DNA of 43,793 nt from Tubiluchus corallicola (Eukaryota; Animalia; Priapulida): the NCBI GenBank assembly GCA_030141605.1, contig JAQGDQ010000356.1:1-43793 (forward strand). The letters run 5' to 3'. The position numbers were made by a program, and so were the translations under genes. This document shows, piece by piece, positions 23,901-35,900 of the stretch. A model generated the notes under the pieces. It did no database searches, was not told where the DNA came from, and saw only the letters and a list, made by a program, of their open reading frames with translations. Every line of letters begins with the position of its first letter. Position 1 is the first letter of the stretch.

Positions 23901-26900
23901 ATTTTTTCTTGTTTCTAAGCAAGATCCTGCTAGTAAATCATTCTACAGGCAGACTAATGCATAATTAAGTAAAATCTATGTAAAACAACCAAAGTTACTG
24001 AACTTACTTGGCAAACGGCTTTGTTTTACACACATGTCTCATGATGGTTGTAGTTAAGGCGAGTTGCTCAGGTACACTTAATCTTTAACCTACAGTAACT
24101 GTGCGTGCGCATAATGAAAATGTGAAAAGGCTTATTGTTCATTTATTATGTCATTGTATGCTGATGTAGACTAAGATTTATCTTCATTCTGACATGCATT
24201 CTCGTGTAATAATGTTTCTGGTCGTCTCCCTCATCTGACTGAAAACAACAAACAACTAATAAAGCAATGCAGATAATAGTAAAAAATGACATAAAGACAT
24301 TAAGATGTTTTGCACAAGTAATAAAACTGATTAAATAGAAAGCGATTACCGTTGTAGATATGATGAGAGTGCAACAGTACTTAATATTGGACAGGAAGAA
24401 GCTACGATGCAACATAAATTGCATTTAAATTCAATTCAAACAACTTTATTTAGCACTAGAGCAGAAGTTAAGATGCTTAAAAGCTTTTTAACGTAAGGTA
24501 GAACACGGAATGCTCATTATAGTCACACAAAAGATTATTTATTTTCTTTTTCATAATTTGTGCTGTTTCTCGTGATTCTATGTTGTGCTTATAGCCACTT
24601 AATGATCCAGTTTTTCTTTCGGGCCTTTTCTCTATGGAGTTTTTATCACAAAAATCAGTTTACTGTTACAGTCTCTTTTCATTCAACACAAGCATTAACA
24701 GAAACCTTTTTTCTCTAGTAAATTTGTTACAAGATTTTTATTTTGCAAAATTCTTATCTCCGTCTCCAAGTTTCTAGCGAAGTCCTTTTGTTGTGTGCCG
24801 TTTGTCTTGTTTGGAGCAAAATGTTCGTGTCAGTGCTCCTGCATGATGTTTGAGTTTGTAACTTGGAAAAAAATGGTAATTTAGATTGAGTGCCATCTAG
24901 ATTTTGATTTGGTAAACTTAATATTAATTTAGTTTATGTGCCATCTAGATTTTGATTTGGTAAACTTAATATTAATTTAGTTTGAGTGGCATCTAGATTT
25001 TGATTTGGTAAACTTAATATTTATATAAGTAACTCGGATATTTGAGTCAGTTATTTACGGATGTGGAACAGAAACTCTGATGCTTGAGTTGGTAACTGAG
25101 TGTTTATGTGAGTAAATTCTGTGAGTAACTTAACAATGTAGATGATTAGCATGCATTCTTAAAGGAAAGCTGAACCTAATCTTGAACTATACCTCATAAC
25201 AATCTAATCTGTCAAATATTCAGAGGGAACTTACTATTTTTACACAATGACTTACGTGAAACAATTATTTGCCTTAAATGCTGTATCGCGTTTGTGGGGC
25301 TAGTTCTTCGCTGTTATACGTATTTCGCCCGAGATGGGCACTAGCGCCTGAATCTCGGAAATGCGTTGCACACAAAACAGGTGCTGTACTACTCAGCACA
25401 GAGGTGTTCAGTTATGACGTAGTACATACATTCCAGAGTTCATACGTGAGCACAGTTGTAAACTAGAGATTCGAATTTTAAACATTAAACTTGCTAACTT
25501 TTTCTCTATCACACTGTAGGAGCACTGTACTTCAATTTTTGCTTCACAAACACGTGCTCATGAACCTTTCTGCATTAAAAATTACGTTCATTTGTGATGT
25601 CATCACTAGTTGGGCTCGCCTGCCATTAATTAAGTCTTTAACTATTATTAAATTACCACGATTGCTTCGGCATTATTATTGGTATTAAAATGTATACTTT
25701 TTTCTGTACTTCAAAAATAGGGCATTATATGAAAAATCGTCCTGTTTTCCTTTAACTGACATGTCACTTATTAAAGTTGCTACATAAATTTAATATTTGC
25801 AATTTTTTAATTTTACTTTTAGATTTTGGATATTTTGGGAATTGGACCAAGTGGCCCTCCTCTTGCGCCACGCAGAGTTTACTCCGTTGTGCCATTTCCG
25901 CCGGAAAGAACTGCACCGGTCGTTAGTTGTGAGAATTTCGTATTCGTGGCAACTCCAGAGACGGAGGAAGCTCACAAAAAGAGGCACTCGGTTACTAGTA
26001 TGGAAGAGGAACAAGAAGCAGCAGCTGGGAAAAGTCGCAAAGAAATTGTATGTATTTCCTTTAATTAGTGTTTATAGTAGATGGTTTGTAACGAGATTTG
26101 GTCAGTCATTATAGTTAGTTGGATAGAGATCAGCCGTCATTAGCCGCATTTTCATGCAAACTTGATTGATGTTACCAGAAATGATAAAATGATAGACTAT
26201 CTGAAAATTTGTAAGTCGCCAAAAGTTGCCAAACGTGAGACAGAAGTATTTGCTGTTGCCGTCGCAGGCTTTGCAAAAATTTTTAAGTGTTTAAAGTTTG
26301 TGAGTGAAGTTGCAAATCTTGCAGCCTGCGTCAAAACTTCACGAAACTGTCGCAAAGTTGTCTGAACTTGCGCCAAACTTGTGTGCAAATGTGTCACTAA
26401 TTATTTGTGATATTCGTCAACAATTTCGAAGTCCGCAAAAACTTTTTACGTTGCTTTTGAGAATGCGGCGACATCTTTTGCGGTTATTCTTCAACATTTT
26501 GAAGACATTCTGCAAACATTTCGTGAAGTGATCACAATATACTCAAGCAAGTGTCGTGGATTGTTGGTCTTTTCGATTGTCGCAAACAAGTCAGTGGCAT
26601 GACTCATTGGCATATCAGTGAAACAAGTACCCTGGGTGAGACACTAAACCAATAGAGATGTCTCTGCCATGTTTAGACATATGTATATAATCACTTTGCT
26701 TTGATGACAAAAGAAACCATAATTGGCATGACGTGTAAAGCCTCCCAAAGTTAGTACTCACTCACAAAGTTCGGTTTGACACAAACAAAGTTTCGTCACA
26801 AACAACAAAGAAAAACAACAACAACAAAAATATGAAAGAGTGATAAAAAAATGACAAATATGACTAAAAACTTTAAGTGTGACTTATTCAGCAAAGTTCA

Positions 26901-29900
26901 GCTTTTATTATATACTGACTATCTAAATATAACTTATTTGAAGAGAAAAAATAGCTAAGAGGTCACGATGTTCACTCTGTTATTGTTTGTATTTACAAGA
27001 TTTTTTCCAGTTTTGTAAATATTGATGGTTAAAAATGTTGACAGTTGAGTGCCGCCAAGAAAGCTCGTAAGGAAAAGAAGGAAAAAGAACGAAGAGGGGA
27101 AACTCCTGTAGAAAAAGAAAGACGGACAAACAAACTAACGGAGACAAAAATGAAGCTTTCTGAGTTACAAGCTGGTGGTTCAGAATCTACGTCAGAATAT
27201 ACGTACGTACAAAACTGTTTATTATTAATATACAATGGGCGTCGCTTAATAGACTCACTTTGGGTTGGAAGTGTTTAGACCCAATTAACTGACTGATTCA
27301 ATTAGCCGAAGGGTTTAACCCATTACTACTATAGAAGAATGACTCATCACTCTTCACTGTAGTATGCATTTCAAAGGCTTTAAATGAATTTTAGAAATGA
27401 AAAATTCTTACGTGCAATTATTTAAGAATATTAATTTAAAAGTGAAATAATAAAAAAGAAAATAAAAAATCCCAAAAATCTGATTATTATCAGTAAAAAT
27501 TACAAAAATTCCTTCAAGGTTGGTTGCTTCATTTCTTCACGAAGAAGTTAGTTTATGAAATTCTCATAATGATAAAAACGTTGAAAATCTGTTGCTGTAT
27601 ACTGCACATATTCACTCAATACACCTAGTCACCTAGTGCTTGAGCTGCAGTTAGTGGTGACTTCAAAAGCAAACCGCTGGTCAAGTGATTAAATGTTTAG
27701 CTTCCAGAAACAATGAGGTTAATTGCAGTGGACAAGCGGGTGACACATTCAAAGTAATACCGCTAAGCTAACATATTATTGCATATGATAAATGTACCTG
27801 CTTACAAACAAAGCTGTACTTAACATGACTGTTTATATGTATATTATAGTCAATATTTAATACATAAAATCAATATAAAGATGATATGCAAGCAATAAAA
27901 GCTCTTTGGGTACACACAAGTATCTTATTTTAAGTATATGAAGTAAAAATATTGAGTCAATTATGCAGAGTTATTTGAGTCAATTACCAACAGTTTTTAT
28001 ATACATTTGAATAAGAGCGGCCCATACTGATGGCCACATGTACCCGTGGTGGTGGCAGCAAAACTTAATATTTGGTTTCAGAAATATCATTGTTTTTTCG
28101 TCAAATTTTCAAGCATATAATTGTGCAATACAGCAAAGCAATTTTAATGTATTAACTTCACATAGAATTAATTCTGGGTGTTTCTTCTCTGGTTTAAAAA
28201 CACTGAATTTATTCACATTTGCATTTCTCTTTAATTAAATTAAATTAGCGCATAATTTTTTTCTGTTTTTCTCATGCAGGTTACAGTATTTTCGCTGGGT
28301 TGTACCCGCAGAGGGCTCTGTCACACTTAGACTGAAATTTTCCGCTTCAGTTGTTGGAAGGGTTAGTCAAACGTTCACGTTTGAGATGCTTGGAACGAGA
28401 CGTCAGTATTCGCTGTGTTGCCAGGCACTTTGTGCATTTCCATCTATCAGCAGTAACCCCAAGTAAGCTAAATATGGGACTATAGTAAGTGCTTTTAAAC
28501 ACGGATGATTCCATTTGCCGATTATTGCACTTTAAATTCAGTATCGTTTTCGTCGAAAACCGTCAAGTTTTGTAGCCGAAACTTTCGATAATTTTCCGTA
28601 GCATTTTCTCCAGATTTTAGTAGACTATATATCCAGCTTACCATTTTCTTCTAGACGTTAAAAATCACTGAAAAATATTCTCTAAAATAGCTAAAAATAA
28701 AATGAAAACATTGTTTAGTCTTTGGCGCAAGTGAGCGAGAATGACGTACGAGGTACAGAAAGGGTCTTTACTTACCGATGTTTGTTTACTGATCTTTGAT
28801 GATCTCGCGACTGTACTCATTACGTCATTCGTCTTGCACAATGATAAATGGCGGTTCTTCAAATTTAATATCGCTAACAACGAAGTGATAAAAAATCGAA
28901 AGAAACAAGTTTTACAGTAAGTTTATAACAAAATAAATTGAATATTCATAATGAGAGTAGGATTTTAAGTCGTAAAAGCTTATATTATAGTCAGTGGCAA
29001 CTCATAACTAAGATTAGTAGGGATGTTGCTTCAGAAATTTTTTACCATTGTTTTAATATTGTGTAAAACAATATTGATGTTCACTTACTGTCACAGAACT
29101 TATTTCATGGGGGTGCAGGGAAGCTATGATTAAATTATTTAAAGTTGTGCAAAAATAAAAGAACTGAAAAAATTATGAATTAAATAGAATAGCTGGAAGC
29201 ATGATGATCATCTAATTCTACACTTCATCACATTTAAGAATATGGTACAAGGTTTTTAAGCGCAACACACTCCTAGTCAAAAATAAACACTACTTGTACA
29301 ACAGGGTCAGTACTGTGTGAGCGACAGTGCTTTCTCTACCTAGCATGCAGCTTCTTATCTCAGACAAGTGCACATGGCCGCAGGCACACAACAGCCAAAC
29401 ACCACGTTGCTAGAACTGCAAAGCGCACAATCCCCTCATGTTCTGGTTCTGTACAAGCATTGACAAGCATGTACAAGTTTAAAGAAAGATGCATGCACAC
29501 AACAGCCAAACACCACATTGCTAGAACTGCAAAGCGCACAATCCCCTCATGTTCTGGTTCTGTACAAGCATTGACAAGCATGTGCATGTATAAAGAAAGA
29601 ATTAAAGAAAGAAGACTCATTATATTGAATGTTATCAATAATATTGAGTGAAAATAGGGGGTGCTGCAGTTCCACAGTACCTATACACAAGCCACCACTT
29701 TAATAATTCATGTGTTTTGCATAGGGGGTGATGCAGTTCCACAGTACCTATACACGAGCCACCACTGTTTATAGTGAGTGTTTAGTTTGACTTTAATAAT
29801 CCATTTGTTTTGAATAGATTCGTATTTAACCGAAGGAAAGCCAGCAAAGAGAAAAATGAGATTATTCACAAGACTTACATTCATGACACCGGAGTGTTTG

Positions 29901-32900
29901 ACTTTGGCCCACTCCTCGCGACCAAAGCTAGAGATATGTATGTTTTTATTGGTTTTTATTTGTGTTGCTTTTAAATTCTTGATCAGTATCACTGCATTTC
30001 TGAAACTTTTGCAGTGGAATGTAATGGATTAAGTGTGTTTAATTTTTTCTTTTTTCTTTTTCCGCAGCCTCAGGGATGGAGCAGAAAACATGGCTACATT
30101 TAATTTGGTTAATGATAGTCCGCTGACTGCGCATTTAAGCATAACTTTTCAACACGATACGTTAGGCCGGGTCTTTCTGTTGCAACCCGTAAACTCGGAC
30201 CTAATTCCAAGCGAAGCTCAGATAACAGTGCAGCCAAACAGTACAGAGGTATTACATTGTAAAGTAATCACAGTGTAACCAAACAGTACAGAGGTATAAC
30301 CTTGTAAAGTAATCACAGTGCAACCAAACAGTACAGAGGTATTACATTGTAAAGTAATCACAGTGCAACCAAACAGTACAGAGGTATAACATTGTAACCT
30401 GATCACAGTGTAACCAAACAGTACAGAGGTATAACATTGTAACTCAGTCACAGTGCAAAAAGCAGTACTGAGGTATAACATTGTAACGTAATAACAGTGC
30501 AACTAAACAGTACTTAGGTATAACATTGTAACTCAATCACAATGCAACCAAACAGTACAGAGGTATAACATTGTAACCTAATCACAGTGCAACCAAACAG
30601 TACAGAGGTATAACATTGTAACCTAATCGCAGTGCAACCAAACAGTACAGAGGTATAACATTGTAACCTAATCGCAGTGCAACCAAATAGTTCAGAGGTA
30701 TAACATTGTAACTCAATCACAGTGCAGCCAAACAGTACAGAGGTATAACATTGTAACTCAATCACAGTGCAACCAAACAGTACAGAGGTATAACATTGTA
30801 ACTCAATAACAGTGCAACCAAACAGTTCAGAGGTATGACATTGTAACTCACACACAGTGCAACCAAACAGTTCAGAGGTATAACATTGTAACTCAGTCAC
30901 AGTGCAACCAAACAGTTCAGAGGTATAACATTGTAACTCAGTCACAGTGCAACCAAACAGTACAGAGGTATAAGATTGTAACTCAGTCACAGTGCAGTCA
31001 AACAGTACAGACGTATAACATTGTAACCTAATCACAGTGCAACCAAACAGTTCAGAGGTATAACATTGTAACTCAGTCACAGTGCAACCTAACAGTTCAG
31101 AGGTATAACATTGTAACTCAGTCACAGTGCAACCAAACAGTTCAGAGGTATAACATTGTAAAGTAATCACAGTGCAGCCAAACAGTACAGAGGTATAACA
31201 TTGTAACCTAATCGCAGTGCAACCAAACAGTACAGAGGTATAACATTGTAACCTAATCGCAGTGCAACCAAATAGTTCAGAGGTATAACATTGTAACTCA
31301 CACACAGTGCAACCAAACAGTTCAGAGGTATAACATTGTAACTCAGTCACAGTGCAACCAAATAGTTCAGAGGTATAACATTGTAACTCAGTCACAGTGC
31401 AGTCAAACAGTACAGACGTATAACATTGTAACTCACACACAGTGCAACCAAACAGTACAGAGGTATAACATTGTAACTCAATCACAGTGCAGCCAAACAG
31501 TACAGAGGTATAACATTGTAACTCAATCACAGTACAACCAAACAGTTCAGAGGTATAACATTGTAACTCAGTCACAGTGCAATCAAACAGTTCAGAGGTA
31601 TAACATTGTAACTCAATCACAGTGCAGCCAAACAGTACAGAGGTATAACATTGTAACTCAATCACAGTACAACCAAACAGTACAGAGGTATAACATTGTA
31701 ACTCAATCACAGTGCAACCAAATAGTTCAGAGGTATAACATTGTAACTCAATCACAGTGCAATCAAACAGTTCAGAGGTATAACATTGTAACTCAATCAC
31801 AGTGCAATCAAACAGTTCAGAGGTATAACATTGTAACTCAATAACAGTGCAACCAAACAGTACAGAGGTATAACATTGTAACCTAATCGCAGTGCAACCA
31901 AACAGTACAGAGGTATAACATTGTAACTCAATCACAATGCAACCAAACAGTACAGAGGTATAACATTGTAACCTAATCACAGTGCAACCAAACAGTACAG
32001 AGGTATAACATTGTAACCTAATCGCAGTGCAACCAAATAGTTCAGAGGTATAACATTGTAACTCAATCACAGTGCAACCAAACAGTTCAGAGGTATAACA
32101 TTGTAACTCAGTCACAGTGCAACCAAACAGTTCAGAGGTATAACATTGTAACTCAGTCACAGTGCAACCAAACAGTTCAGAGGTATAACATTGTAACTCA
32201 GTCACAGTGCAACCAAACAGTTCAGAGGTATAACATTGTAACCTAATCACAATGCAATCAAACAGTACAGAGGTATAACATTGTAACTCAGTCACAGTGC
32301 AACCAAACAGTTCAGAGGTATAACATTGTAACTCAGTCACAGTGCAACCAAACAGTTCAGAGGTATAACATTGTAACTCAGTCACAATGCAACCAAACAG
32401 TACAGAGGTATAACATTGTAACTCAGTCACAGTGCAACCAAACAGTTCAGAGGTATAACATTGTAACCTAATCACAATGCAACCAAACAGTACAGAGGTA
32501 TAACATTGTAACTCAGTCACAGTGCAACCAAACAGTACAGAGGTATAACATTGTAGCTCAATCACAGTGCAACCAAACAGTTCAGAGGTATAACATTGTA
32601 ACTCAATCACAGTGCAACCAAACAGTACAGAGGTATAACATTGTAACTCAGTCACAGTGCAACCAAACAGTTCAGAGGTATAACATTGTAACCTAATCAC
32701 AGTGCAACCAAACAGTACAGAGGTGTAACATTGTAACTTGATCACAGTGCAACCAAACAGTACAGAGGTATAACATTGTAACTTGATCACAGTGCAACCA
32801 AACAGTACAGAGGTATAACATTGTAACTTGATCACAGTGCAACCAAACAGTTCAGAGGTATAACATTGTAACTTGATCACAGTGCAACCAAACAGTTCAG

Positions 32901-35900
32901 AGGTATAACAGGTATGTCATTGTTGACCATGTTACAGGTTTTGTCTGTTTGGGCTTATCCGAAGGCTGTCGAGGAGGAAAATGATGCGGTCTTGTGCTCC
33001 GTAAAAGACAATCCGGAGACGGTCGTCTTCCCGATCAGATGTCACGGCTTCCGACCGGAAATTGTCGTTGAAACAAAAGTACTGAATTTTGAGAAAGTTC
33101 TCCTCCGCAGGTGATGTTTCATTTGTTATAGAAAACAATTTCACTCCACGTGATAGAGGATTTTTTCTTAACTCCGCTTGATTGAATCATGTTATTGTTG
33201 GTTTTTAGGAAAGAAACTAGAGTGATGCGATTGAGAAACCCGACAATGATTCCGGTTGCGTGGAGATTATCCGGTCTTGAAGCTCTCGGTGATGACTTCT
33301 CGTTCCAGAAGGACAACGGAATTGTAGAACCTTTGTCTGAGCTGCAACTGAACGTCTCGTTCCGTCCCGTGAAGGCTGTTAACATCAAGAAAGTTGTCAG
33401 GGTCGAGGTATGTAGAACCTTTGTCTGAGCTTCAACTGAACGTCTCGTTCCGTCCCGCAAAGGCTGTTAACATCAAGAAAGTTGTCAGGGTCGAGGTACA
33501 TCACTAAAGTCTAATGGCTATTCTTAATTAGTGACATTGTCATGCAATTTAACGTGGCTATTCTTAATTCTTTCTGGAACGTAAGCGTTTGCTCCATTTT
33601 GCATGAGTTCATGAAAAACTTTTCCCACTAAGCAGTGATTACATTATATTGGATAATTTTTGTAGGTTTCTACTCCTCATACAATGGATGTTTATGTATC
33701 ATTACATATGAAATGCATTTGTTTATGTTGGCCCAAAAAATCAATTTTTGACAAATAAATTGAAAAAATCTTTCAGTAACTGCAGTGTTTGCACTGTAAC
33801 AATGTACAGTATCACTTGTGTGAAATCGACTATTATGCAGAAAATTTCAACTATCCAGACACAACACTCTGATAAACTTTGATTTCAAGTCTACTCTATC
33901 TTTAAGAAGAAATTCCTGTTAAAAGGCGAAAAGGCTTTAATTTCTCCTTAGCTGTTTGGCAGTACTGGTACTTTTACAATTGCAAACTATCTATATTGAA
34001 TACAGCAGATCTCTCAACTGGTTTTTAGAACTGCTAATAAGCTTGAATGATAACACTGAAGAAGTTGAATTTGAATTTAAATTTGTTGAAAAAGAAGTTG
34101 AATTTAAAGAGTGTAGTCATTGATTTTTAGATATCTGATGCTCAAGGTCATCATGGATTGGTTTCAGCAGACACTATACAAATCATTGGAGAAGCATATG
34201 ATGTTGCTATTGATATAAGCTTTCCAAAAGGTATTGTATGTTCACTAAAAGATAAGAATATTTTTGTGATATTTTTTAAAGCAAAGGAAAGAACAAGTCA
34301 CTCAGCATGTTGTTGTTTATTTTACTGTTGTCACTTAAACTGTTTGCGGTGTGCTAAAGGAAAGAACAAGTCACTCAGTATGTTGGGTTTATTTTACTAT
34401 TGTCACTTAAACTGTTTGTGGTGTGCTAGAGGAAAGAACCAATCACTTAGCATGTTGGGTTTATTTTGCTGCTATCACTTAAACTGTTTGTGGTGTGCTA
34501 AAGGAAAGAACAAGTCACTCAGTATGTTGGGTTTATTTTACTGTTATCACTTAAACAGTTTGTGGTGTGCTAAAGGAAAGAGCAAATCACTCAGTATGTT
34601 GGGTTTATTTTACTGTTATCACTTAAACTGTTCGTGGTGTGCTAAAGGAAAGAATAAGACACTCAGTATGTTGGGTTTATGTTACTGTTATCACTTAAAC
34701 TGTTTGTGGTGTGCTAAAGGAAAGAACAAGTCACTAAGTATGTTGGGTTTATTTTACTGTTATCACTTAAACTGTTCGTGGTGTGCTAAAGGAAAGAATA
34801 AGACACTCAGTATGTTGGGTTTATTTTACTGTTATCACTTAAACTGTTTGTGGTGTGCTAAAGGAAAGAACAAGTCACTTAGTATGTTGGGTTTATTTTA
34901 CTATTATCACTTGATTTTATTTGTATTTCAGGCAGTGACGGTAGTATTGAATTTGGAGCTGTAAGAATGTTTGAAGACTCTAAACAGCAGTGCTTCTTGA
35001 AAAATAAAGGAAAATACGAAATTCAATTCAAGTAAGTTTTGTTTAATAATCATTGTTTCTGCCTTTTTTGAGTAAGTCTTCTTTATTTGTATCAGAAAAT
35101 ATTTGATCAATCGTATATATTAACTCTACTGGTATGTTTTATATATATAATATTCGAGACTACAGCTTCGACGACAGCACCATTTGCGGCGATCTATACA
35201 TCAAACGAAAGGTCTCGGTCTAGTGTCGTGCCATTGGGGGTTTACTTTTCGAATCGGGGTCGAAAAACCTCCAAAATGGCCATTTTTCGGCTGTTTTTTG
35301 CAAAACTTATATCGCTTGTTTCTAGACAGGCCGGGGGTGGCTGACGCAAAGCCATTGTTCTGACGTCATCCATTATACTCTTTATAACTTTAATTCAGTA
35401 AAAGCTGCTGCTGCTGGCTTTGCATTGTAAATGAGGACTATGTAGAATGTTCGCGCATTATTGATTATTAGTGTATTTATATGCCAATTTTTTTGCGGGG
35501 CCTTTGCTAGTAGGATATTAATATCTGAATTGTTTTTGTGAACTTCAGTGCACTATTTATGTATGCGACTTACGACCACATTTAATTTTAAACTGATTGG
35601 TTATAAAATGATTTCGGACCCGTATATTCTAGTGGTGCACTCCTATGCATAAGGCGTTGTGGGGGTACGCACACTAAGGTTGCATTTCCACTGCGTCCAC
35701 ACAGACACAGACTTTTCTGTCCGCACGTTTTACGTCTGCAAAAGTTGTTTCCACTGCGCCCACACAGACACAGACTCTTCTGTCCGCATGTTTTACCTCT
35801 GCAAAAGTTCTTTCCACTGCGTCCACACAGACACAGACTTTTCTGTCCGCACGTTTTACGTCCGCAAAAGTTGTTTCCACTGCGCCCACACAGACACAGA

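Noticed and set aside
25160-25755. TTAA-flanked Kolobok-like element (ttaaaggaaa...tttcctttaa)
   Set aside because: Only about 10 bp of AT-rich inverted match and no second copy in the window.
30514-32880. 788-aa minus-strand Cys-rich repeat ORF
   Set aside because: Antisense reading of the 45-bp donor array.
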